Part shown: piece after piece, positions 9,729 to 17,682 of the stretch | Layout of the letters: each line of letters begins with the position of its first letter | Position numbering within the stretch: the stretch's first letter is position 1 | Assembly: GCA_013166835.1 (NCBI GenBank) | Contig: JABLTI010000034.1 | Coordinates: 1 to 24,938, forward strand | Reading direction: 5' to 3' | Source: Promethearchaeati archaeon | GTDB taxonomy: Archaea; Asgardarchaeota; Heimdallarchaeia; JABLTI01 | DNA length: 24,938 nt | Made by a program: the position numbers and the translations under genes | Notes under the pieces: model-generated | Told to the model about the DNA's origin: nothing | The model's database searches: none | The model's input: only the letters and a program-made list of their open reading frames with translations

Positions 9729-9890
9729 TCAAATAACTGTATGATCTTCAATATCTTTCTCTTTTTGCTTCTGAACTCTACCTTGAATAGCCTTAGCAAT
9801 AAAATAAGCTACAGCAATAGGTATTGCAAAAATAAATCCACATAATATTACACCTAAAAATTGCCAGCCAAATCCTAATCGATCAGACAT
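9729..9890 (-). CDS. Small 53-aa single-TM membrane protein (not in ORF track)
   Basis: MSDRLGFGWQFLGVILCGFIFAIPIAVAYFIAKAIQGRVQKQKEKDIEDHTVI*; GGTGA SD 7 nt upstream, TTATATAA box at 9936-9943 preceded by purine-rich BRE, T-rich tract after stop. Confidence 0.8.
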   Translation of the reverse strand: MSDRLGFGWQFLGVILCGFIFAIPIAVAYFIAKAIQGRVQKQKEKDIEDHTVI

Positions 9891-10011
9891 TGTTGTTCAC
9901 CAGTATCAATATTATATATCTGTTGAAGTTAAATATTATATAAGACTTTTTACTGTTTCTAAAGTTATAAATTCATTAGTTTTACCTATTTTTTTAACCC
10001 AAGTTTTAATT

Positions 10012-10680
10012 TTATGTTAGTAAGTCAATTAAGGTTTTTACAATCAAATCTGGTTTTGATTCTTGAATTTCTTCATAACTGTGTATCCCGGTATTTACTG
10101 CAATAATTTTCATTTCGGCATTCTTCGCTGCGTGTACATCATGTGGGGAATCACCTATTATCATACATTCGTTTTTGGAAAAGTGCCCTTTATCGGTTGC
10201 TTTCAGAAATACTTCAGGATTTGGTTTTCCAACGGAAATATCTTCTCCTGTGATAATTACATTGAAATATTCATTTATTCCAGCAGAAATTAACATCTTC
10301 TGCACATTAAATTTCGGTGTGGATGAAGCTAATGCTAATGGAAGATTAATTTTCCTTAGATACTCAAGTATTTCCTTTGCACCAATGAACAAAGGAATAT
10401 TTTCAAGTAATGTTGTTAGTATCTCTTCTTTACGATTAGCCAAAGTGATGAGTTTTTTTTGATTTGTTTTAAGTTCAGGAATAAGTGTAAGCAATGTATC
10501 CTTCGGTGTCCTTCCCATATTCTCACTTATTCGTTCTTCTGAGATTGACAGATTATTTTCTTGAAATAACTTTACGAATGCAAGAATGTGCTTATCAAGT
10601 GTATCAACTAAGGTACCATCAAGATCAAAGATAATGTATTTGATCCCCCATTTCTCTATACAATCATCAATTAGAAGCAT
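10012..10680 (-). CDS. HAD-superfamily hydrolase (beta-PGM/phosphoglycolate phosphatase-like)
   Basis: Motif I FDLDGTLVD, II LASST, III GKPNPEVF, IV IGDSPHDV; start ATG 10680 or TTG 10689. Confidence 0.9.
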   Translation of the reverse strand: MLLIDDCIEKWGIKYIIFDLDGTLVDTLDKHILAFVKLFQENNLSISEERISENMGRTPKDTLLTLIPELKTNQKKLITLANRKEEILTTLLENIPLFIGAKEILEYLRKINLPLALASSTPKFNVQKMLISAGINEYFNVIITGEDISVGKPNPEVFLKATDKGHFSKNECMIIGDSPHDVHAAKNAEMKIIAVNTGIHSYEEIQESKPDLIVKTLIDLLT

Positions 10681-10816
10681 TTCAATCAAACCAATAGATG
10701 GATTATTTTCTTCTTAAATTTAGATTTATCCCTCAATAATACAAATCACATAACACAAATAAAACTATTAAATATGTGAAAGATTAAATTATAGAAAAGA
10801 TTGGTGGATCATAGCT

Positions 10817-11449
10817 TTGTCTGAAACTGACCCCGCATTAGTACAAAATGAAAAAATAGAAGAAGATATTTTGCAAGAAGAAACCGAAGAAAGCATGAAA
10901 AAAGCATCTTGGAAAGAGCAAAAATATATTCCTAATAAGAAACGGTTTATCATTTTATCTATTGTCTTTTCTGTTATTCAATTAGCAGTTTTGCTAATCT
11001 TCGCTTTTGTGTTAAAAGATAGTGAAAATAGAGGAATGTATGATTTTGGAGTGTTCATCATTTGTCCTACCATAGGACTCGCGATATCTTATTTTGTAGA
11101 GAATAAAAAGGAAGCCTTAGCAGTTAGCGCTATTAATGCAACCACTTCTGTTTCAATTTCATTATTGTGTGTAATATTGATTCAGAAATTTCTAACATAT
11201 CCTGAACCACTTGAAATTACTCTCCTTCTCTTTGGCATTCCGGTAATCTTCATTGTAATTCAGATAGCTGTTGCTTTTACTATGGCACGTGTACGAGTAT
11301 TGTATAATAAGTTTGGTGATAGTTCAATACCTCGAGATAGTGATGAAGCTATGATTGCGGAATTACGACAGAGTAGAAAGGAAAGAGGACTTGAAACAGA
11401 AGAAACAGATGAATTAGCTATCATAGAAGAGAGTAAGAAGAGAAACTAG
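10817..11449 (+). CDS. Hypothetical 4-TM membrane protein
   Basis: Four hydrophobic segments between acidic termini; GGTGGA SD-like site before TTG start. Confidence 0.75.
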   Translation: MSETDPALVQNEKIEEDILQEETEESMKKASWKEQKYIPNKKRFIILSIVFSVIQLAVLLIFAFVLKDSENRGMYDFGVFIICPTIGLAISYFVENKKEALAVSAINATTSVSISLLCVILIQKFLTYPEPLEITLLLFGIPVIFIVIQIAVAFTMARVRVLYNKFGDSSIPRDSDEAMIAELRQSRKERGLETEETDELAIIEESKKRN

Positions 11450-11473
11450 ATTAGAATTTATTGAAATAATCCG

Positions 11474-11529
11474 AATAGTAAATTGTTACCGGGGAAAAAG
11501 AGAAGAAATTCCCCGGCGGATTTACTATT
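11474..11529. terminator. Extended GC-cored hairpin (possible bidirectional terminator / 3' end of module-A RNA)
   Basis: AATAGTAAAT(11474-83)/ATTTACTATT(11520-29) outer stem and CCGGGGAA(11489-96)/TTCCCCGG(11509-16) inner stem. Confidence 0.55.
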
Positions 11530-11610
11530 AATCAAGAGGGATTTAGGATCCTTCATTTTTTTTATTTGCGTTTTTAATCGGTCAAAATTTCATAAAGGGT
11601 TCCTAAACTA
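11474..11610 (-). ncRNA. Candidate small RNA A (or sORF transcript)
   Basis: Lies downstream of a minus-strand AGGAGA-ATTTAATA box and ends in a strong hairpin; shares blocks with module B; only very short ORFs. Expression is inferred. Confidence 0.3.
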
Positions 11611-11635
11611 CAAATATACATATACATGAAATTTA

Positions 11636-11686
11636 TTAAATTCTCCTTACTAACTGTTCATCGAACTGTTCATAAGAAAGCTGAAC
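11636..11686. promoter_or_regulatory. Operator/promoter module A (GAAC-N-GTTC sites + minus-strand BRE/TATA-like box)
   Basis: TTAAATTCTCCT..AACTGTTC-ATC-GAACTGTTCA-TAAGAA-AGCTGAAC; similar copy at 11913-11961. Confidence 0.6.
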
Positions 11687-11769
11687 TATACCTCCCCTTT
11701 TTCAACAAAATAATCCACTTCAGGATTTAAATAAATTTAATCAATTGATTTGTTTTTGATTAAAAATCA

Positions 11770-11890
11770 ACAAAACATGGGGAAATGGTGGTTTTCCCCA
11801 AAACCACCAATTTGATCCTCCATATTATCTTTATAATAGATTTGATCACTGTTTTGATAGATCAAGAAGGCAAAACTTCTTTGGATCACT
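11770..11890 (-). ncRNA. Candidate small RNA B with overlapping alternative hairpins
   Basis: Downstream of minus-strand AGGAGA-TTTTAAC box; hairpins AAGAAG/CTTCTT, ATCTT/AAGAT, and the 11778-11809 double-stem element. Confidence 0.33.
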
Positions 11891-11912
11891 ATAATATATA
11901 GTATAACTTAAG

Positions 11913-11961
11913 TTAAAATCTCCTAAGATACAGTTCGTGAACTGTTCAGAAATAGCTGAAC
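11913..11961. promoter_or_regulatory. Operator/promoter module B (perfect TGAACTGTTCA palindrome)
   Basis: TTAAAATCTCCT..ACAGTTC-GT-GAACTGTTCA-GAAAT-AGCTGAAC; core is 276 nt from the module A core. Confidence 0.6.
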
Positions 11962-12050
11962 GATTATCGAATAGTTTTTTAATGTAAAAAGACTTATTGA
12001 GTTATCAAATAAGCATCAAACTATGTTTACAAACCAAGTTTGTTAGTTGA

Positions 12051-13001
12051 GTGATAATGGTAAATAATTTCAGAGATAAAATAGCATTTCTTCTCATTTT
12101 TTGCTTAATTGTATTCAGTCCCTATAAGCAATCAACAAGGAATGTCTCATCACAAGCAAATTTAGTTGAAGAAGAAGATCGATTCATTATTTATGCAGGC
12201 AATGAATACAATATAGTTGTTCCAAAAGGAAATGGACCTGAAATGATTTTTGAAGCAGAGAATTTTGGGGAGATTATGCTAAAAATTGATTACATTTCTG
12301 AATATACAAGTTCCACACAATACCTCAATTCACTAAACCATCTTTCTGGGAAAGGTTATTCACTTGATAAATTAATTTGGAGTTCTATTGGTTCTTCTGA
12401 TATTAATAAAACATATGTTAACCTCACTAGAACTCATTTAGATGAAAATACTACACTCGATTTTTCATTAAATGTATTTAATCAAAATCAAACCATAAGA
12501 GACTTAGATGTAAAAGCATTATCTAACACATATATGGAATTGCAAGTCCATAATTGGAGTTATACACCTGAATCAAGAGGGCTTGCGTTAAACATACTAA
12601 CTTACATGCAGGAAAATGAGGATTATCTAAGATTAGGTCCTTTTGCTGATATTACAAGGGATGAGTATGCTGCAAGAATTCTTTTAAACGATTATAAATT
12701 TGAAGTAAGATTAAAATCTGAAATTGTTATGATAAAATCTACAGGAGAAGAAATTAAATATACGGTATTTTTCTTCGCACAATATAGTGTGGCAGAAGAA
12801 GTCTCTGAACCAGCTGATTTCTGGATATCAGTACCTTATATTACAGATGTAAATCAAATCATTTTCAGTTTTGTCTGTAGCATAGGAATTGATCTAACAA
12901 ATCAAAATTCAATATCATCATTTGGTTTATTTGTCTTCGGTATATTATCAATAGTTGTAATCATTCGATTTTTTATTAGGAAAAGGAGGAAATACAATTG
13001 A
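12051..13001 (+). CDS. Cell-surface protein with signal peptide and C-terminal TM anchor + basic tail
   Basis: N-terminal hydrophobic segment; C-terminal ISSF-TM-RKRRK resembling archaeal CTERM sorting signals; TGA overlaps the TTG of the next gene. Start GTG 12051 or ATG 12057. Confidence 0.75.
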   Translation: MIMVNNFRDKIAFLLIFCLIVFSPYKQSTRNVSSQANLVEEEDRFIIYAGNEYNIVVPKGNGPEMIFEAENFGEIMLKIDYISEYTSSTQYLNSLNHLSGKGYSLDKLIWSSIGSSDINKTYVNLTRTHLDENTTLDFSLNVFNQNQTIRDLDVKALSNTYMELQVHNWSYTPESRGLALNILTYMQENEDYLRLGPFADITRDEYAARILLNDYKFEVRLKSEIVMIKSTGEEIKYTVFFFAQYSVAEEVSEPADFWISVPYITDVNQIIFSFVCSIGIDLTNQNSISSFGLFVFGILSIVVIIRFFIRKRRKYN

Positions 13002-14152
13002 GACCATTGTTTAGGAAATCAACAATATTCTTGAAAGCTTCTTTTCTATTCTTAAATTTGCTATTAATAGTAATTGTTGCTGTAACAGCTAGTTTGCCAA
13101 ATGAAAACCAAATAAATGAATTAGAGATTTCACATAAAGATCAGTATTATCCCTTATCAAGAATAATACCTCAAGATATTACAGCTCAAAACCTCAATAC
13201 AAATTTATCGAGATTAATTTTTGAAATCTATCTTGATATCCTGCCAAACGGAGAAGATGCTCAAGTCTCAGCACATTATACTTATCAAAATATTGGGAAC
13301 AGCTCAATATTCAATATTGTTAATATTTTAGATATTAGTACAGTTTTAGTAGAGAGTAGATTATCTACAATATCAGTTTCTGATGCAAATGGTAGTCTGT
13401 ATTATGAGTGGATCATAAGTGATCTCATACATATACTAAATATTACGATTCGAGAACCACTTGAGTACCAGCAAAGATACTCATATTCTGTTACCTATTT
13501 ACTTGAGAATGTAATTTTACAAAGCTTTGAAGAGGCTGAAAATTTTGTATTTCAATGGACACTTACACAAGATGAAGATATGGAACAATTTACTTTGATT
13601 ATTACTTTACCAGCTCAATATGAACTTTATAATCAATCAGCTTTAGAACCTGATGCTGATTATATGTCAGTTGATGGTAAAAGGTTTGAATGGGATTATT
13701 ATAATATAGAAGAAAATGACATTCAAATTTGGATTGTCAGATTTCAAATCTACCAAATGCCAACAATACCGATACCGCCACCAAGTAAAGGTGCATGGTT
13801 TGGTATGATTGGAACATTTTTCGCAGGATTAATCGCTGGTGGTCTTACAGTCTTCTATATAATAAAATCAAGAACAGATATTGAGAGAAAAGAAATAGTT
13901 GAAACATTATTATCACAACCAGAAAAAGAGATAATTCGAATTATTAAGAATGAAAATGGTGTAACTACACAAAGCAAAATATGTTCTGTTTCTGAATTCT
14001 CAAAAGCTAAGGTGTCCTATTATCTTAATGAACTCGAAAACAAAGGTATTGTTAAAAAAGAACGATGGGGTAGAATGAATAGGATCAGAATAACAGATGA
14101 TTCAGTTGATAAGGCATACGTAAAAGAGGTAGAAAAAAAGGAAATGGACTAA
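12998..14152 (+). CDS. Membrane-anchored winged-helix transcriptional regulator with extracellular beta-sandwich domain
   Basis: Signal peptide, about 220-aa beta-rich ectodomain (YSVTY..FTLIITLP), Pro linker PTIPIPPP, Gly-rich TM, C-terminal wHTH LSQPEKEIIRII..TQSKI..FSKAKVSYYLNELENKGIVKKERWGRMNRI. Confidence 0.85.
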   Translation: MRPLFRKSTIFLKASFLFLNLLLIVIVAVTASLPNENQINELEISHKDQYYPLSRIIPQDITAQNLNTNLSRLIFEIYLDILPNGEDAQVSAHYTYQNIGNSSIFNIVNILDISTVLVESRLSTISVSDANGSLYYEWIISDLIHILNITIREPLEYQQRYSYSVTYLLENVILQSFEEAENFVFQWTLTQDEDMEQFTLIITLPAQYELYNQSALEPDADYMSVDGKRFEWDYYNIEENDIQIWIVRFQIYQMPTIPIPPPSKGAWFGMIGTFFAGLIAGGLTVFYIIKSRTDIERKEIVETLLSQPEKEIIRIIKNENGVTTQSKICSVSEFSKAKVSYYLNELENKGIVKKERWGRMNRIRITDDSVDKAYVKEVEKKEMD

Positions 14153-14222
14153 AAAGTCTCTATTACTGAATCTGTAAAAATCATTATATTCAATGTTCTT
14201 AGTAATCAATTTGGGTTAAAGT

Positions 14223-17200
14223 ATGAGGTTCTTAAGAAAAGAATTAATGAAGATATCTTTCCTTGTTATAATAATTCTTATACTTTTAACAACTGTACTT
14301 ATCAATGTAAATCAAGCATTTTTCTATTTGGATAAACGTCTCAGTGATGACACTCAATTATCTGTAGAAAATCAAGATGAAAGCTTAACAAATACAGTTA
14401 TTCTACAATCAGACTGGATTACTAATGAGACAGTCTGGAGTCAACCAGAACAATTAACTCATCCAGATATAAATAGAAATGAATATACTGCAGTTCAAGG
14501 ACCAAATAATACCTACTACTGTTTATGGATAAAGGAACTTAGGATATTTACAAATGCAATTTACTTCTCATACTTAGAGAATTTTTCAGCCAATGAATGG
14601 TCTATTCCTAAACAAGTTATACAAATGGATTCAATCATTTCTGACCCAACAGCAATAATAGATGAGAATAGTACTTTACATCTTGCGTTTATTTCAACAA
14701 GGGAAAATATCTGGCAAGTAAACTATATTTCTAAAGAAGCTCAGAATAATATTTGGAGTTCTCGAGAAGTTTTTGCTAGAAATTCTGATTATTCTTATTC
14801 GAATCTTGTTTTTTCCATTTCAAATAAAATTGCAGTTCATTTAGCGTGGATTTCCACGAAAATAGGAACAAGTGGTCCAACGCTAGATAGTTCCATTCAG
14901 ATTATAACCAAAAATCAAATTACTGAATTATGGGGTAATTCAAGGGAGTCATTCAGTTTAGAAAATCCATTGGCTTTTGATATGGCTGTAAACCAAAACA
15001 ATACGGTGCAAATTGGTATAATAAAATGGGATATAACTTTCACAGGGAATTTACTCGTAATCTCAAATTCAGATAATGATACAATAAGTTGGAGCTCAAT
15101 AACGCAAATTGCTAGTTATGTCTCTAGCTACGGTTCTATTCGAATTTATCCAAGTATAATAACTGGCGGATTTCATGTCCTTTGGAATTACAAATTTAGT
15201 CATAAAAAAATATTACATCGAGAATTACACCACAATGGAACCACAAGAACAAGTGCTGTTCAAATTAATCTTCTGTCTACAGATGGATATATCGCCGGAA
15301 TAGGTGAAAATCAGACTACAAATGATTTATACATTTTGTATGAAGAAGTTTTGTTCTCGAACCCTAATCTAAAGCAGAGAAAGAGAAATGGAACAGGATT
15401 AACCTGGGAAATTGCTGAACAAATTTCAACAGATTCACAATCATTTGACCCTATTTTCATGCAGAATTATTACTCAAACACTTCAGAAGCGGTATTACTA
15501 AATCTAAATAGAGAACGATTGGAAGCAAGAGTGTTTACAAAACCAACTGCTTTCTTAAACGCTACTGCAATAATCATTACTTCCAACAATAATAACAAAG
15601 GTAGTTTTACAATTGATTCAGAAAGAACAAATCATTTTGTTTGGCAATATATTGGTCAAACAGGATCCGACATATATTATCAGAAGAAAGAGATAAACAG
15701 CTCTTGGGAATTTCAAGGAAGTATAATGAGTGAATGGAAAGTTGCAGCTACAAAACCAAGAATAACTGTAGATTCAACTGATAATTTACACTGTCTCTTC
15801 GTTGCGGATGTTAATGCTTCTGGAATAGATGGATTGTTTTATGTTACAAAAAATAGCAATCAAGATAATTGGAGCATTCCTCTGTTGGTAAAAATACCAG
15901 GAAATGATGCAGAAGATGACGATTTTGATTTATTGATTGATTCTCTAGATACAATTCATATTGTTTGGGCTGAATCAACAGGAATATTTCAGAATAAAAT
16001 GTTGTATAGTTACAAGCATAACTACCAGACAGTATTTACTACTGAAAATATTTTAGTAAATAGTGGAATAACATCCAGTCATGTACCAAACTTTGTAATT
16101 GATTCTTTTGGGACTGTTCATTTAATCTATACCAAGGGTAATCGCGGAAGTTTAGTGAATGAAGTAGATTATCGTTATAAATTATCAGGTCAGAGCTGGT
16201 CAACAGAAGAAGTAATAATATCATCAATTGATGTAGATTACATAAATCCACTTTTAACTGTTGATTCAGATGACACTCTAAGATTAGTATATCTTCTAAG
16301 GTATAGTGCGGGTAATTACTTATTGTCATCAACAGAATTGTGGCAAAAACCTTTGCTATCTAGTTGGTCATATAATAGTACATTGTATTCAGATGAATTA
16401 ACGACTAATCATGAATTCCTAATAACAAAAAATGATACACTAGTTTATTCACATCATGTAACTAATTTACCGAATGATAAGTTTGAAAATAACTTCGTTG
16501 ATAAAATATTGATTACATGTACAAATGAAATCGGGGAATGGAGGTCAAGAGAGACATTATTCCTCAATCCAATTTACAATTCAGAAATATTTGGGATATA
16601 TGATGAGAAATCAGATAATATTTACTTTCTTCTAAATGATAAAAGAGTGAATAATCCACAAATACACATGATTTTTAGACAGAATGACACAGATCAAGAT
16701 TCATTAGGAGACATAGATGAAGAGATTTTCTGGACAGATAAGTATGAGCAAGATAGTGATAATGATTTATTATTTGATGGATATGAAGTGAGAGAAAGTC
16801 TCAGTAATCCTGCAATAGCAGATACTGACTGGGATACACTAGGTGATGGAATGGAAGTTAATCTTTACTTAACAAATCCATTAGTAATAGATACAGATGG
16901 CGATAGTATCAGTGATGGGGATGAGGTAAAAATCTGGGGTACAAGTCCAATTGATGTTGATTCTGATGGTGATTATATTTCAGATTATGCTGAATTATTT
17001 ATTTATCTAACTAATCCCAATAACCCTGATACAGATTACGATGATATGCCGGATTACTGGGAAATAATAAACAGTTTAGACCCCAATCTTAATGATGCAT
17101 GGAATGATGAAGATTCAGATAATCTATTCAATGTAGAAGAATTTTTTGAAAATACCGATCCATATCTAAATGATACAGATACAGATGACCTTAGTGACGG

Positions 17201-17573
17201 GGATGAGGTGAAGATTTGGCACACTGATCCATTAAAATTTGATACCGATGATGACACCATTGGTGATAGTGATGAGGTCTTGATTTACCATACTAATCCT
17301 TTGGAGGAGGATAGTGACGGAGATGGGTTTACTGATAGAGAGGAACTAAACAGTCAAACGGATCCAAACGATCCTAAAGATAACATTCAAATTCGAAAAC
17401 TTAGGTCAGCTCTTATTGCAACACTAGTTCCAGTAACAATTATTCTCTTATTTTTTGTTGTTTTTGAAACTCGTTATAGAAAAAGAACTAAGAAAATGCT
17501 TGAAACTGAGAAAGATGAAATTGCATTAGAAGAAGAAAAACTTGCACAATTAATTGATACTAAAAACGATTAA
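14223..17573 (+). CDS. Large surface glycoprotein: beta-propeller-like repeats + 10 Asp-rich Ca-binding (bacterial TSP3-like) repeats + C-terminal TM
   Basis: Recurrent IDS.(g)T.H.(V/I)(W/Y)..W(S) blades; DTDxDx(L/I)xDxxE..TxP repeats; TM ALIATLVPVTIILLFFVVF then RYRKR; many N-glycosylation sequons. Confidence 0.85.
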   Translation: MRFLRKELMKISFLVIIILILLTTVLINVNQAFFYLDKRLSDDTQLSVENQDESLTNTVILQSDWITNETVWSQPEQLTHPDINRNEYTAVQGPNNTYYCLWIKELRIFTNAIYFSYLENFSANEWSIPKQVIQMDSIISDPTAIIDENSTLHLAFISTRENIWQVNYISKEAQNNIWSSREVFARNSDYSYSNLVFSISNKIAVHLAWISTKIGTSGPTLDSSIQIITKNQITELWGNSRESFSLENPLAFDMAVNQNNTVQIGIIKWDITFTGNLLVISNSDNDTISWSSITQIASYVSSYGSIRIYPSIITGGFHVLWNYKFSHKKILHRELHHNGTTRTSAVQINLLSTDGYIAGIGENQTTNDLYILYEEVLFSNPNLKQRKRNGTGLTWEIAEQISTDSQSFDPIFMQNYYSNTSEAVLLNLNRERLEARVFTKPTAFLNATAIIITSNNNNKGSFTIDSERTNHFVWQYIGQTGSDIYYQKKEINSSWEFQGSIMSEWKVAATKPRITVDSTDNLHCLFVADVNASGIDGLFYVTKNSNQDNWSIPLLVKIPGNDAEDDDFDLLIDSLDTIHIVWAESTGIFQNKMLYSYKHNYQTVFTTENILVNSGITSSHVPNFVIDSFGTVHLIYTKGNRGSLVNEVDYRYKLSGQSWSTEEVIISSIDVDYINPLLTVDSDDTLRLVYLLRYSAGNYLLSSTELWQKPLLSSWSYNSTLYSDELTTNHEFLITKNDTLVYSHHVTNLPNDKFENNFVDKILITCTNEIGEWRSRETLFLNPIYNSEIFGIYDEKSDNIYFLLNDKRVNNPQIHMIFRQNDTDQDSLGDIDEEIFWTDKYEQDSDNDLLFDGYEVRESLSNPAIADTDWDTLGDGMEVNLYLTNPLVIDTDGDSISDGDEVKIWGTSPIDVDSDGDYISDYAELFIYLTNPNNPDTDYDDMPDYWEIINSLDPNLNDAWNDEDSDNLFNVEEFFENTDPYLNDTDTDDLSDGDEVKIWHTDPLKFDTDDDTIGDSDEVLIYHTNPLEEDSDGDGFTDREELNSQTDPNDPKDNIQIRKLRSALIATLVPVTIILLFFVVFETRYRKRTKKMLETEKDEIALEEEKLAQLIDTKND
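16686..17381 (+). repeat. Ten tandem about 22-23-aa DxDxDxxxDxxE repeats (protein-level)
   Basis: DTDQDSLGDIDE, DSDNDLLFDGYE, DTDWDTLGDGME, DTDGDSISDGDE, DSDGDYISDYAE, DTDYDDMPDYWE, DEDSDNLFNVEE, DTDTDDLSDGDE, DTDDDTIGDSDE, DSDGDGFTDREE. Confidence 0.9.
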
Positions 17574-17682
17574 AAAGAAGACTAAATTTATGTTTTCTTT
17601 ACCTCTAACGAAAATGATAATTAACATTAAAACAATCTTTTACTAAGAATAATTGACTTTCATCAAAATTGAGAAGTTTTAT

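Noticed and set aside
11474-11529. Hairpin as a SECIS element
   Set aside because: No in-frame UGA selenoprotein candidate nearby, and neither the archaeal GAA/A internal loop nor the AUGA/GA quartet is evident.
11652-11961. GAAC/GTTC sites as a LexA SOS box or eukaryotic heat-shock element
   Set aside because: Spacing is GAAC-N1-GTTC, not GAAC-N4-GTTC; the nGAAn pentamer phasing of an HSE is not maintained.
11450-12050. Replication origin (ORB repeats) or CRISPR array
   Set aside because: No TCCA..GAAA plus G-string ORB repeats or adjacent orc1/cdc6; only two degenerate modules, not identical repeats with unique spacers.
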